Positions 1 to 14,506 of a DNA stretch of 64,000 bases are shown here, in pieces. A model generated the notes under the pieces. It ran no database searches and was not told the DNA's origin. It saw only the letters and a list, made by a program, of their open reading frames with translations. Both the position numbers and the translations under genes were made by a program. Location of the stretch: contig OX597817.1 of assembly GCA_951406725.2 (NCBI GenBank), forward strand, positions 12,276,001 to 12,340,000, read 5' to 3'. Source of the stretch: Octopus vulgaris. Lineage: Eukaryota. Each line of letters starts with the position of its first letter. Within the stretch, counting starts at the first letter, position 1.

Positions 1-394
1 CGGAGGTGGGGGAGGCGAGAGTGGAGAAAGCAAGAATGGGTGTGGGTAGAAGTGGGGTATGTGGGTAGGCTGAGGGTGGGGTAGAGGTAGGGTATGTGAG
101 AGTGGGTGTAAGGGATGGGTGGGGTGAGATGGGATGGATACGGAAGGTGGGGTTGGATTGTGTAGGGGCAAGGTGAGGTTACAAGGGAGGGGGTGACAAT
201 GAAGTGGGAAGGGAGAAGGTGGGTAGGAGTGTAGAGAAGAGAGAGGAGAGTAGAAGTGAAGAGAAGTAGGGGTTGGTGCAAGAGAGAAGAGAGAGGTAGG
301 TGGGAAGGTGTGAGGGGGAGAGAGAAGAGGGGAGGAGGTTAGATGAAAAGGGGAGGAGAGTTGATCCCACGTGGAGCAAAGGAGCGAAGAGAGA

Positions 395-1795
395 TTAATC
401 CCTGTTCACGGCACAAACGGGAGTCTGGATGGCCACTGTGCGAGGACAATCTGACACAGACAGGTGTTGCAAAGAGTGACCGGTAGAGTGGAAATGGCAG
501 GAGACTGGGGTGTCATTGCCAAGTCGGATGTCTCGGAGGTGTTTCACGAATTGGTCAGCCAAGCAGCGTCCCATTTGCCTGATGTATAGAGAAGGGCAGA
601 GAGAGAGAGCAGGAGATGCAGTAGATAACATGGGTAGAAGTACAGGTGAAGGAGTCGGTGATGTGATAGGGTCGATGATGGGTGCCAGTGAGGAGGGTGG
701 TGTTGGAGAGGTAAAGGCAAGTGTGGCAGCATGGGTGGGAGCAGGGGAACAAGCTGGGTTGGGAGGTTGGGTTAGGAAGAAGCTGAGGACCAAGAGGTCT
801 CGTAGGTTGTGAGCTCATTTGAAGGAGGGTCAGTAAGGGAAATGTGCAAAGTGGAGGGGTCGACTGGAGTTGCCGGAAGGCTCAGAGAATGGTGCGTTGG
901 AGAGATAGGATGGTGGGGTGGTAGGTGAGGGGAGATGGGAGACGGCGGGGCAGGTGTGGGGGGAGAGAGCAGGTGCATGATTCACAGAATGTGCTCTGGC
1001 AAGGGCAATGTGGATAGTGGTGAGGAGATATCCAAGTAGGATGAAGTGGTGAGCCATGAGTTGAGACTGTGTCTCAAAGTCATGGGCGTCACTACAGAGC
1101 CTGCGTAGACGGAGAAACTGGGAATAGGGGATAGAAAGCTTGGTTTGTTTAGGGTGGGAGGAGGAGAAGTTGAGGGATGAGTGTGAGTCTGTGTGTTTGT
1201 AGTGGATGGAGGTGGTGAGAGAGAGAAGTGATGAATGCTGACTGAAATGTCAAGAAAGGAGACAGAGGTGTCAGAGATAGAGCAGGAGAAGTGGAAGGCA
1301 GGATGGAAAGATTTGACAAAAGAGAGGAAGGAGTCTGAATGTTCGCAGAAGAGTGAGATCGCACCAATACAGTCGTCAATATAACGGCTGTATAGTTCAG
1401 GAGTGGGACCAGTGAAAATTGAGAACATTTGAGCCTCAACATAGCCAGCGAACAGGTTCGCATAGTTGGGGCCCATTCTCGTTCCCATAGCCACTCCCGA
1501 GACTTGCTGGTAAAAATCACCAGCGAATGAGAAGCAATTGAGTGAGAGGACAAGTTCGGCCAGACGAACGAGTGTGGTTGTGTCGGGTTGGGTCAAAGAT
1601 CAAGGAAATGTTGGAGTGTATGCAACCCCTCCTGGTAAGGCTCTGGATGTCGAGAGTGAAGAGAAGTTTAGAGGGGCTAGGAGGGAAGGAGAAAGAGTTG
1701 AACAAACGAAGCGCATGATTGGTGTCATGGATATGAGAGGGGAGGGAAGCTACTAGGGGGCAAGGACACGGTCAAGATATCTGGAGATGAGTTCA
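395..1795 (-). mobile_element. Penelope-like retroelement (PLE), decayed RT plus GIY-YIG endonuclease, probably Neptune-like; 5'-truncated at a (TA)n tract
   Basis: Minus-strand frames give RT motifs LFTLDIQSL, FYQQVSGVAMGTRMGPNYANLF, YSRYIDDC and VSFLDISV. They also give a GIY-YIG region FTCTSTHVIYCISCSL/CPSLYI..GRCLADQF..HLRDIR..PVSCHF. Several frameshifts are present. Confidence 0.9.
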
Positions 1796-1824
1796 ATATA
1801 TATATATATATATATGTATATTAT

Positions 1825-2510
1825 TGTCTGGGGAGAGTTATTCTGATTTAATACCTTATTAATTAACACAGACTCTCTCTCTTTACTCTTTTACTTGTTT
1901 CAGTCATTTGACTGCGAACATGCTGGAGCACCGCCTTTAGTCAGCAAATCGACCCCGGGACTTATTCTTTGTAAGCCCAGTACTTATTCTATCGGTCTCT
2001 TTTGCCAAACCGCTAAGTGACGGGGACGTAAACACACCAGCATCGGTTTCAAGCAATGCTGGGGGGACAAACACAGACACACAAACACACACATACATAT
2101 ATATATATACATACATATATACGACAGGCTTCTTTCAGTTTCCGTCTACCAAATCCACTCACAAGGCATTGGTCGTCCCGGGGCTATAGCAGAAGACACT
2201 TGCCGAAGATGCCACGCAGTGGGACTGAACCCGGAACCATGTGGTTGGTTAGCAAGCTACTTACCACACAGCCACTCCTGATTCAATTTCCACTCATTTA
2301 CTTATTTATTTTTCAATACAAAAAACTAAAAATTAAAATAATAAACAAAATAAAAAATTAAATAAGTAAATGAGTGGAAATTGAACCGGTGAGTGTGTTA
2401 ATTAATAAGGCATTAAAACACAATGACTCTTCACAGACACAACAAAATATGCTTCAACACACGAATTCGCAGAAAGAATCTTGCAAACCAAATACAAAAA
2501 CGAAATATAT
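1825..2510. repeat. Fold-back element with an unpaired tail; left arm interrupted by a SINE
   Basis: 1825-1872 plus 2282-2312 is the reverse complement of about 2355-2439. A tail of about 70 nt follows, ending in TATAT. Confidence 0.7.
1880..2280 (-). mobile_element. tRNA-derived SINE, group A (head GGCGCAGGAGTGGCTGTGTGGTAAG; internal TA/TG microsatellite)
   Basis: A/B-box-like head and 3' end GAAACAAGTAAAAGAGTAAAGAG. Near-identical copies at 16205, 23782 and 54296. Confidence 0.9.
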
Positions 2511-2591
2511 GTTATGTAGTTAATTCTATGTCCGGTCATAGAGTGACCAATGGTTTCGGATCCACAAAGGGCTTAGCCCCAAGGACGGCTT

Positions 2592-2655
2592 TAGGGTCTG
2601 ACGAGACGTTCTTGGGGCTAAGCCTTTTGTGGATGCGAAACCATTGGTCACTCTA
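2592..2655 (+). ncRNA. Type I hammerhead ribozyme motif in the right arm of fold-back 2519-2673
   Basis: TAGGGT-CTGACGA-stem II-GAAAC-CATTG-GTC^ACTCTA. Stem I pairs with one G-U, and the core is intact. Confidence 0.75.
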
Positions 2656-3935
2656 TGACCAGACAGAATTAACAGCATATAAATACATTACTGCTCTATG
2701 CTTTAGGCTGTGCTTCTTTTACGGATATTTATATATATATATCCGTAAAAGAAGCACACTCTAAAGCATATATATATATATATATGTGTGTGTGTCTGTG
2801 TGTATAGCTAGATAGATAGATAGATAGATGGGTATAACTACAGAAATATGCACCACCACTAACTTTGTTTCCTCGTAGCTTTCTGAAAAATGGATATTAT
2901 TTTTAAATTAAATTTTCTGTTAATACGTCTCAGATGGTGTAAATTACTATTATATCGGATTCTGTTGTGAAAATTATGCTATATACACACACACACTCAT
3001 TAAACAGCGGCAATTTTACAAATTGAACAATAAGATTGAATATAAAACGATATAACGTTATAAAGACAGAGGAAGGGACTCAAAACTATATTATTTAGGC
3101 CGATACTAAAAGTTAATGAAAAGGCATTTGGCAGTCGGTGATGTGAGAGCAGAGAGCAGACTCTCTCTCTAAACTAGAACCACATGATGTACATGCCGTG
3201 TGTATGTATAATGAAAAGTACAAATATACATATTTTGCACAAGGTTATTTACCCGAGCGACTTAGTTAATACTGAATCTTACGCTAAAGAATTTCTTTGG
3301 AATATATTCAACGCAAAATAATTATAACTGTTAGTTTCAGTTCTGTGAATTGTGAACCGTAAAGCATCGGGAATGGATAAAGGATAAATAAATATAAGAA
3401 AACGATTTGTTAAACTACAACATATAAACCATAATAACGTGAAGAAGCGAAGTTGGTGCGAAGTTGGTGCTGTCAAAAGCCAGCATCGACAACTGACGTC
3501 AGTAACAAAGGCAATGGAATTGGCTTCAAAAGAATTCGATGCGAGTCTCAAATATAGTTTAAATAAGTGGTTTGTTTACCTGTGAGCAGTCCAACCCTAA
3601 TCCGATTACGCACTTCGTTCGGACAGTCCGCCATTGTTACAAGACACGATACTGCTATACACACGGCAGTGTCCCCACCCTTCCTTTCATAGTTTCTTTA
3701 CCAGTCGTGAAATATCGCACATTCTTCCGTTTCTTCTCTCATTCACAGCTAGGCATGTGCTTGTTTATAGACTTATGCGCCACACGCTACGCAACAAACC
3801 CAGCTGACGTTATTCCAAGAGAACTATTAAAGTATTTAAACAAAAGATTTTACTCAAAGTATATATATCTTCTCAGCAAACCTATCTTTATTACTATTAT
3901 TAAAAAAATGTTGTACATTAAATTTCTAAATACCT

Positions 3936-4582
3936 ATTTCTTTACTACCCACAAGGGGCTAAACACAGAAGGGACAAACAAGGACAGACAAACGGATTAA
4001 GTACCGATTATATCAACCCCAGTGCTTAACTGGTACTTAATTTATCGACCCCGAAAGGATGAAAGGCAAAATCGACCTCGGCGGAATTTGAACTCAGAAC
4101 GTAACACTAAGCATTTCGCCCGACGTGCTAACGTTTCTATACCGATTCTTAACAGCACCTACAAGGGGCTAAACACAGAAGGAACAAACAAGGACAGACA
4201 TAGGTATTAAGTCGATTACATCGACCCCAGTGCGTAACTGGTACTTAATTTATCGACCCCGAAAGGATGAAGCAACACAAGGGTAGGGATATAGTCAGTA
4301 GAATAGCTTTTAGTATACATCTGGTATTTTACCAGCTCCTGAGAATCGACCCTGGAGGAGTTGGAACTGACAACGCGGAACAGGCAAGACTCGATGGTAT
4401 AAAATACCATCTTACGTTGTGAGTTCAAATTCCGCCGAGGTCGACTTTGCCTTTCATCCTTTCGGGGTCGATAAATTAAGCACCAGTTACGCACTGGGGT
4501 CGATGTAATCGACTTAATACCTATGTCTGTCCTTGTTTGTCCCCTCTGTGTTTAGCCCCTTGTGGGTAATAAAGAAATAGGT
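3936..4582. mobile_element. Cluster of group B (Meta-domain-like) SINE copies: two on minus, one on plus
   Basis: Shared core GCCTTTCATCCTTTCGGGGTCGATAAATTAAGTACCAG. Confidence 0.85.
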
Positions 4583-5559
4583 ATAAAATAGAAATTCGAT
4601 ATTTTTGTTTACTTCGCGGACCATCAGAGATCAAACACAAAATAAATTTATGGGCGCACTTCGACGGACAGTTTATTTCTTTCAAGTTAACAAATTAGTG
4701 TGTGTTTGTGTGTATGTAATACATATATGTATTTGTAGCTTTTAATTTATATCTGCATTAAAAAAAAAAACAAAGTCTTTTTGTCAGAGCGTGTAGGTCC
4801 ACCGGTCCGTATGCTTGTGCGTGTGTATGTATTCGATTGTCACCGCCTGGATATTGCTATTGTCTCTTGTTGAAACTTTGCAAACTTTTGTATCGCTTTC
4901 ACTAACAGCATAAACACCGTGTATGAAATAATTAGATTTTCCATTGACCGAGACTGCGCATCATTTTCGGGTGCCGGATATCAATTAGTAAAACAATAAA
5001 TGTAAAAAGAAAACAATAATAAATACATCGCAAAACTTTCGAAGATAACTCACAGCACACGCCGATACATGCTAAAGAGGCTGAGTGTGTTGTACCGTCA
5101 CTCCTGTTCTACTGGTTCTTGTGCAGGGCAATTAGGACGCAATTAGTGTCGGTCGATTGCCTGATTAATGACCATTTATGATAATAATTAGCAAAAATAT
5201 TTGCACGTTAAAAAGAGGGAAACAATGTAAGTGTATATAAAAAGAAACGATGGGAAGAGGGTAAAAACTAAGAAAATACATAAATACTTCTCTACAATGA
5301 TTTTTTTCCAAAAGGCCACTCGCTAGAAGGGACCCAACCACTGGCCCGCGCACCAGTACCGGGCCGCACAGAAAGGATAAATTTTGAAATTTCATTTCTA
5401 TTTTAATGACTATCTCATTAAGTTTTTTCTCAAAAAGGCTAAGAGTAAAAGATGTTTTATATGACACATTCTGTCAGTGTCCGAAGATTGAAAGTGTTTA
5501 GTTACAAAAAGATATTTTTAAATCTGTAGGTCAAAAGGTAAAGATCTGGGTATTTTTGT

Positions 5560-6262
5560 ATTTTTCACGCTCAGGGTTGCTGAAGCATGGAATAAACTGC
5601 CTGCATCAGTTGTTGACTGCCATGACACTGCATCCTTTAAGGCCCTCATGCTTCCCGAAATCCGTCGAAACTACACCTGATTATATATACACTTTAGATG
5701 AGTTGTAGTGCACCTGAGCACTGTACACAATTATTATTATTATTATTATTATATGTGTAAAGAATGTTGTTGTTCTTTATTCTGGGGTCACTAAATTGTG
5801 AAGACATGATTGAGAGGAGAGAGAGAGAAGTCGAAAGTAACAATGCAGCTGGAATGGTGATAATAATAATATAATGAACTTATTGTATACAGTGCTCAGG
5901 TGCACCACAACTTGTCAGAAAATGCATATAAAGTACATGCAGTAATGTAGAAATGTCTGGAAAGCGAACAATGTATGAGTCAGATACATGCCTGTGTGTG
6001 TATGGAGGGGAGAAAATCAGGTGTAGTGTTGGCGAATCTAAGAAAGCATGGAAGTTTTGAAGGATGCAGTGCTCCGACAACTAACAACTGATGCTGGCAG
6101 TTTGTTCCATGCTTCAGCAACTCTCAGCGTGAAAAAATGCTTCCTGAAGTCATGGGAGCTGTGCTGTTTTCTGACTTTGTAAATATGTCCACGGGTGTTA
6201 GACGAGTGGAGTTTGAAAAGGTGCTCAGAGTTATTGTTTGTAAGATGGTTGATAATTTTATG
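5560..6262. mobile_element. Two CR1-type LINE 3' ends arranged tail-to-tail (plus 5560-5750, minus 5860-6262)
   Basis: SNTRGHIYKVRKQHS..FRKHFFTLRVAEAWNKLPASVV is a typical CR1 ORF2 C-terminus. The + copy ends in a (TTA)n tail. Confidence 0.85.
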
Positions 6263-6796
6263 GTGCAGCGTAAAACTGAAGAGTGAAGAACAATTAGTTG
6301 TGAAGATGGCCATTTATTTCGCTGATTTTTCTTACTATATAAAATAAAAACGACGTCGACGCGTCGTTTGTTCGTGTATATGCATGTTAGTAGTTTGTTG
6401 TAGTAAAATACAATAAAATACTTTCACGTTCCACGGATTCTTTACGTGTGGAAGCTACTTTAATTGTCTGATGCTAGAGAGGAAGAAAGGACGAGATCTG
6501 TCTTGTTGTCTTGTCAAACAGCCGTGGAAGGGAAAATCGATTGCATCTACCTCAGTGATTAACTGCTACTTACTTTTATCGACACCGAAAGGATGAAAGA
6601 CAAAGTCAATCCCCAGCAGAATTTGAACTCAGAACATAAAACCGAAACAAATGCTGCCATGCATTTTTCTCCAACTTGCCAGTCACACTGACTAACTTAA
6701 CACCGCAATGTCTTTACTCCCAGATTTCAAATAATTTCCGCACCAACGTCACCATTGCCGATGGCTCGACTTTTACATTGAAGTTATTGTCCATGT

Positions 6797-7255
6797 AACA
6801 ACGTTGGATTGCCCCTAGTTTTTCCGTTGATTTAATACTGTCTACCTATTCCTTTATTACCCACAAGGGGCTAAACATAGAAGGGACAAACAAGGACAAA
6901 CATAGGGATTAAGTCGATTACATCGACCCCAGTGCGTAATTGGTGCTTAATTTATCGACCCCGAAAGGATGAACAACGTTGGATTGCCCCTAGGTTTTTC
7001 CGTTGATTTAATACTGTCTACCTATTTCTTTATTACCCACAGGGGGCTAAGCATAGAAGGGACAAACAAGGACAGACATAGGTATTAAGTCGATTACATC
7101 GACCCCAGTGCGTAACTGGTGCTTAATTTATCGACCCCGAAAGGATGAAAGGCAAAGTCGACCTCGGCGGAATTTGAACTCACATCGTTACGGCAGACGA
7201 AATACCGCAAAGCATTTCGCCCGGCGCGCTAACGCTTCTGCCAGTTCGCCGCCTT
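6797..7255 (-). mobile_element. Group B SINE with a tandem duplication of about 177 bp spanning its 3' half and flank
   Basis: AACAACGTTGGATTGCCCCTAG...CCGAAAGGATGAA occurs at about 6797 and again at about 6972. Confidence 0.85.
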
Positions 7256-7649
7256 TTAATACCGTCTACCTGCCACCTTAGTAACGTAGGCATTACTAAT
7301 ATTTATTTTCAGTTTATACACTAGCTATGTCTCTGAAATTATAATCCTTCTAGCTCATGTTTCTTGGTTATGATGTGTTTGTGTGCTGAGAACGAAAGCT
7401 TGAAGTTTTTCAGCTAACTATATTGCATGTTATTTTCTTCAACTTACTCGTAGATTACATTAAAATCTAGCCGCACGTTTGCTGTACATCATCATAGTTT
7501 TTGATAACCTGAGATATTTGTGTATAAATTAAAAGTCGACATCGGGGGAATTTGAAGTCAGGGCTTAGACATCTGAACGACTAAGACGAGAGAATCTATC
7601 CAACACGTTGCCGACTCGATCAATTCGCCTTCCCCCTCTGGCTAAGTCA

Positions 7650-7840
7650 TTTACTCTTCTCCTCTGGAAGCCATCTACTCGCAATACCAGAGGGCGCACA
7701 CTCTCCTACTCCGATGTAATCTCCAGGGATAGAGGTGTCCAGCAACAGGGCCTCCGTAATGCCATGATTGACCGTGAAGTCTGGCGTAGCATGATAATTT
7801 CCATTGTCTCGACCACGGTCGAACAATGATGATGATGATA
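7650..7840 (+). mobile_element. RTE-like LINE 3' end
   Basis: LLLWKPSTRNTRGRTLSY..AMIDREVWRS..STTVEQ* followed by a (GAT)n tail. A second copy lies on minus at 57573-57822. Confidence 0.8.
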
Positions 7841-8107
7841 CAAAATATTCATAGAGAAAAATACATATCTTTCTTATGAATGTAAAAATATGCAAAAATA
7901 ATAATCTAATAAAAGTACAAAATGTATATGACCAGCAAACACTAAACATATTTTCTCTGTGATTTACAAAAATGCCGGAATATTAAGTTGAGTTTATTTG
8001 GCTTTGTTTTATAATAGTCAAAAGAATTCGCTGCTTTTTTTGTACTCAATGAAATTTAAACTAGTTTTAAAACTTTTTATTTCTAAGAGTTCTCTCCCTT
8101 ACACTAT

Positions 8108-8634
8108 TCTTTTATTCTTTTACTTGTTTCAGTCATTTGGCTGTAGCCATGCTGGGGCATCACCTTAGAGGGGTTTTTAGTCGAATAAATCGACCCCAGA
8201 ACTTATTCTCTGTCAGCCTAGTACTTATTCTATCGGTCTCTTTTGCCAAACCCCTAAGTTACGGGGACATAAACATACCAACATCGGTTGTCAAGCGATG
8301 GCAGAGACCAAAAACACACACACACACACACACTTATATATATATATATCACCGTGATCACCGTGACCGACCAGGCTATCAGATGTTGCTACACATCGCT
8401 GGTCACAATGCGCTTTGCATTGTTTTAGCCTTCAAATGACGCCACCTGCTGGCTAAGCGAGCAGGCCAACAGAAGAAAGAGTAAGAGAAAGTTATGGTGA
8501 AAGAGTACAGCAGGAGCCTCCTGGAGCTTTAGGTGTTTTCGTTCAATAAACACTCACAACACCCGGTCTGGGAATCGAAACCGCGATCTTACGACCGCGA
8601 GTCCGCTGCCCTAACCACTGGACCATTGCGCCTC

Positions 8635-8637
<3 letters not shown>
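8108..8637 (-). mobile_element. Group A SINE 3' half (8108-8340) adjacent to a group C SINE (8350-8637)
   Basis: Matches to other copies in the window; group C head GTGGAGGCGCAATGG..CAGTGGTTAGGGCAGCGGAC. Confidence 0.8.
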
Positions 8638-8670
<33 letters not shown>

Positions 8671-9047
8671 TATGTGTATGAAAAAAAAAAAAACGAAAAT
8701 GCTACTTTCTTAAAATTGGGTACACTTTAATATTCCTTTTACATGTTTCTGTTTTTGAAAAACCTTATCAAAACTAAGAACTAAAATGGAATATGTAGAG
8801 AGAAAAGAACTATTAAAAGAAATTAAATTAAAATTAAGATTAACATTTATAGTTTACTTTCCTTTTTCCTTGAAGAACATGTGATAATATTTTTTGGTTC
8901 TGGTAGCATGACAAGTTCAACTTACAGTGACCGCAAATTACTACTAACTTTTTTGTAAATTGAGTAGTGTTGTCAAGATTTGTTTTCTTAGGAGTGGCTA
9001 TATATATATATAATTCGGACAGAACTTATGGGATGACCTGATATATA

Positions 9048-9161
<114 letters not shown>

Positions 9162-9171
9162 TATATATATA

Positions 9172-9513
<342 letters not shown>

Positions 9514-9514
9514 A

Positions 9515-9858
9515 AATTAATTAAGGGTAGAAATTGATATTTATCAATTAAGACCAGTGGTCTAGCATATTAAAAAAAGAATCCGAAGATTAAAATATTT
9601 ATATATACCAATTAAGGACTGAACACGAAAAGTGGACAGTCAACATGCTAGATATAGACGTCAAATCGCCATTCTCCACAAAAGATTATGTTCTCAGATC
9701 TGAGAACATAATCTTTTGTGGAGAATGGCGAATATATGTTGACTGTCCACTTTTCGTGTTCAGTCCTTAATTGGTATATAAATATTTTAATCTTCGGATT
9801 CTTTTTTAATATGCTAGACCACTGGTCTTAATTGATAAATATCAATTTCTACCCTTAA

Positions 9859-9864
<6 letters not shown>
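9515..9864. repeat. Spacer-less 350-bp palindrome flanked by (TA)n
   Basis: Arms are reverse complements centred on AGATCT (9696-9701), with one asymmetric patch near 9645-9665. Confidence 0.95.
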
Positions 9865-9904
<40 letters not shown>

Positions 9905-9917
9905 ATTATATAGAAGG

Positions 9918-9968
9918 AGCTTCTACAGGACTAGTACTGTTTCATTCAAGAGAAATCTTCAGGAAGCT
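9918..9968 (-). ncRNA. Type I hammerhead ribozyme motif (mirror copy of 14373-14423)
   Basis: Exact reverse complement of 14373-14423. Confidence 0.8.
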
Positions 9969-10357
9969 ATTTAACAAGAATTGTATTAGCATTTATACAT
10001 TTAGGCAGGTTTAAAGGAGTGGTGGTGGGGGACTTTTGGGGGTAGGCATAGCGCAAAATATCATACTTGGGGGAGTGGTCAAGGAGTCAGTGGTAAGTTA
10101 GATGAAAGAAAGGATAGATAAATAAAAAAATAAAAAAATAAAAAAATAAAAAAATAAAAAAATAAAAAAAAATAAAAAATATATATAAAAAAAATATATA
10201 TATAAAAATATATATATAAAAAAATATATATATAAAAACACATATGTGGATAGAGTTATAGGTAAATAAGGAGATTCTCACTTATACCTATACACACATG
10301 TATACGTATCTACACACACATACATACATACACATATATATACACACACACATATAT

Positions 10358-10404
<47 letters not shown>

Positions 10405-11271
10405 TATATACACACATACATACATATCTACATACACACATACATACACCCGCCCACATATACAAATTTATACACATGCACATGCCTATACCTGTCTACA
10501 CATACACACACGTATATATGCATACACTCACTCCCATGCATGCACGCATACACACATGTATATATATATATATACCCACGACCACACATACATATATACA
10601 CATAAAAATATATATTCATACGCACATACACTCATGCACACACAACACACCCAGTTCCCTATATACACATATTTACACCTATATATACATACACCCACAT
10701 ACACCTATGTACACATATATATATATAAACATATACACGCATACATATATATACATGTGTGCACATACATACATACACACATATATACATACACATACAC
10801 ATACACATGTGTACCTATACATACCTACACATACACACATACATACATACAAATATATATATACATATACATATATATATACCACAATCCAATACAGGCC
10901 CATTCCTAATTTTAATTTTATTATCTTCATTTATTACTTTTGTTATCTTTGATCGCTAGAGCTAAGAATCCTGGCAATGGCTGCATGTCCATTTGTCTGT
11001 CTACTAGAAGGCAAGTACTCATTCCCGCACGCACACTCATTAGCACGTACATTCACCCATTCGTACACTCATACACATACACGTACGCACGCGTTATATT
11101 CATACATACAAACATCTACATACGTTCACGTATATACACATACGTACTCGTACCTACAGATTCGTGTCTACACTTTAGGAGGCTAGTCTATACATATACA
11201 CCAATAAATATACATATATATATATATACCCACATATACATACACACACACACATACATATACACATACAG

Positions 11272-11338
<67 letters not shown>

Positions 11339-11524
11339 CATACATACATACACATACACACATACATATACACACACACATACATACACATATATATACA
11401 TACACAAACATATATACACACACATATATATATACATACACACATACACACATACATACGTATACATACATACATACATCCATACATCCATACTTACATG
11501 CATTTATACGCATACACACACCCA

Positions 11525-11565
<41 letters not shown>

Positions 11566-11842
11566 TCACACATATATACAAATCTACGCACACACATACA
11601 TACATACACGTATACGCATACACGCACATACACATATACATGCGTACCCATATACGTGCACACACGCGCGCGCATCCATATATATACACACACACACATA
11701 TATATACACACGTGTGCAAGCATACATACATACTCATACGCGCACACATACTTACATATACATATATGCACACACTTACACACACACATATACATACACA
11801 TATACATGCATACATACATATATGCATACATACACACACACA

Positions 11843-11912
<70 letters not shown>

Positions 11913-11949
11913 CATACACATACACATATACATACACGCATATACACAC

Positions 11950-11984
<35 letters not shown>

Positions 11985-12393
11985 TACATATATACACATA
12001 TACATACATATACATACACACACACATATACATACATATACATACACACACACATACATATATACATATACACTGATACACATACCCATACATACACATG
12101 CATATATACTTATATCACTACATACTCACATATATAAACATATATACATATACACACATACAGTAGGTATATATGTGTATGTATGTATGTATGTATGTAT
12201 GTATGTATGTATGTATGTATGTATGTATGTATGTATATATGTTTATATATGTGAGTATGTAGTGATATAAGTATATGCATGTGTATGTATGGGTATGTGT
12301 ATCAGTGTATATGTATATATGTATGTGTGTGTGTATGTATATGTATGTATATGTGTGTGTGTATGTATATGTATGTATATGTGTATATATGTA

Positions 12394-12436
<43 letters not shown>

Positions 12437-12465
12437 ATATGTGTGTATGTATGTGTATGTGTATG

Positions 12466-12529
<64 letters not shown>

Positions 12530-13031
12530 TATGAGTGCGTGTGTGTATGTATGCATATATGTATGTATGCATGTATATGTGTATGTATATGTGTGTGTGT
12601 AAGTGTGTGCATATATGTATATGTAAGTATGTGTGCGCGTATGAGTATGTATGTATGCTTGCACACGTGTGTATATATATGTGTGTGTGTGTATATATAT
12701 GGATGCGCGCGCGTGTGTGCACGTATATGGGTACGCATGTATATGTGTATGTGCGTGTATGCGTATACGTGTATGTATGTATGTGTGTGCGTAGATTTGT
12801 ATAGGTATGTGTGAGTGTGTATATATATATATATATATATATACATATATATAGATGGGTGTGTGTATGCGTATAAATGCATGTAAGTATGGATGTATGG
12901 ATGTATGTATGTATGTATACGTATGTATGTGTGTATGTGTGTATGTATATATATATGTGTGTATATATGTTTGTGTATGTATATATATATGTGTATGTAT
13001 GTGTGTGTATATGTATGTGTGTATGTGTATG

Positions 13032-13075
<44 letters not shown>

Positions 13076-13953
13076 TATGTATCTGTATGTAGGAGTATAT
13101 ATATGTGTGTGTGTGTATGTATATGTGGGTATATATATATATATATGTATATTTATTGGTGTATATGTATAGACTAGCCTCCTAAAGTGTAGACACGAAT
13201 CTGTAGGTACGAGTACGTATGTGTATATACGTGAACGTATGTAGATGTTTGTATGTATGAATATAACGCGTGCGTACGTGTATGTGTATGAGTGTACGAA
13301 TGGGTGAATGTACGTGCTAATGAGTGTGCGTGCGGGAATGAGTACTTGCCTTCTAGTAGACAGACAAATGGACATGCAGCCATTGCCAGGATTCTTAGCT
13401 CTAGCGATCAAAGATAACAAAAGTAATAAATGAAGATAATAAAATTAAAATTAGGGAATGGGCCTGTATTGGATTGTATATATATATATGTATATGTATA
13501 TTTGTATGTATGTATGTGTGTATGTGTAGGTATGTATAGGTACACATGTGTATGTGTATGTGTATGTATATATGTGTGTATGTATGTATGTGCACACATG
13601 TATATATATGTATGCGTGTATATGTTTATATATATATATGTGTACATAGGTGTATGTGGGTGTATGTATATATAGGTGTAAATATGTGTATATAGGGAAC
13701 TGGGTGTGTTGTGTGTGCATGAGTGTATGTGCGTATGAATATATATTTTTATGTGTATATATGTATGTGTGGTCGTGGGTATATATATATATATATATAC
13801 ATGTGTGTATGCGTGCATGCATGGGAGTGAGTGTATGCATATATACGTGTGTGTATGTGTAGACAGGTATAGGCATGTGCATGTGTATAAATTTGTATAT
13901 GTGGGCGGGTGTATGTATGTGTGTATGTAGATATGTATGTATGTGTGTATATA

Positions 13954-14004
<51 letters not shown>

Positions 14005-14372
14005 ATATATATGTGTATGTATGTATGTGTGTGTAGATACGTATACATGTGTGTATAGGTATAAGTGAGAATCTCCTTATTTACCTATAACTCTATCCCC
14101 CCTTTTTTTTATATATATATTTTTTTATATATATATTTTTATATATATATTTTTTTATATATATTTTTTATTTTTTTATTTTTTTATTTTTTTATTTTTT
14201 TATTTTTTTATTTTTTTATTTATTTATCTATTCTTTCATCTAACTTACCACTGACTCCTTGACCACTCCCCCAAGTATGATATTTTGCGCTATGCCTACC
14301 CCCAAAAGTCCCCCACCACCACTCCTTTAAACCTGCCTAAATGTATAAATGCTAATACAATTCTTGTTAAAT

Positions 14373-14423
14373 AGCTTCCTGAAGATTTCTCTTGAATGAA
14401 ACAGTACTAGTCCTGTAGAAGCT
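14373..14423 (+). ncRNA. Type I hammerhead ribozyme motif
   Basis: AGCTTC-CTGAAGA-tTTC(TCTT)GAAt-GAAACAG(TACTAGTC)CTGTA^GAAGCT. It has a 6-bp stem I, a 4-bp stem III and a GUA cleavage triplet. Confidence 0.85.
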
Positions 14424-14506
14424 CCTTCTATATAATAAATTAATTTTACTCTGCTATGTATTGAGTACCTTACTTACTGTGGTTAACCCCGAATCAACCC
14501 GGGACC

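Noticed and set aside
3400-5200. Repeat-free, CpG-richer stretches with TAAT/TTTATG words (also 15730-16200, 16840-17040, 25090-25280, 32550-32760) as enhancers or 5' UTR exons
   Set aside because: Plausible, but not supportable without conservation or expression data.
10940-13420. Paired 378-aa and 372-aa ORFs beginning [14 protein letters not shown]
   Set aside because: They are mirror images from the palindrome, start at TTG, and are mostly H/I/Y/T translations of CA/TA repeats.
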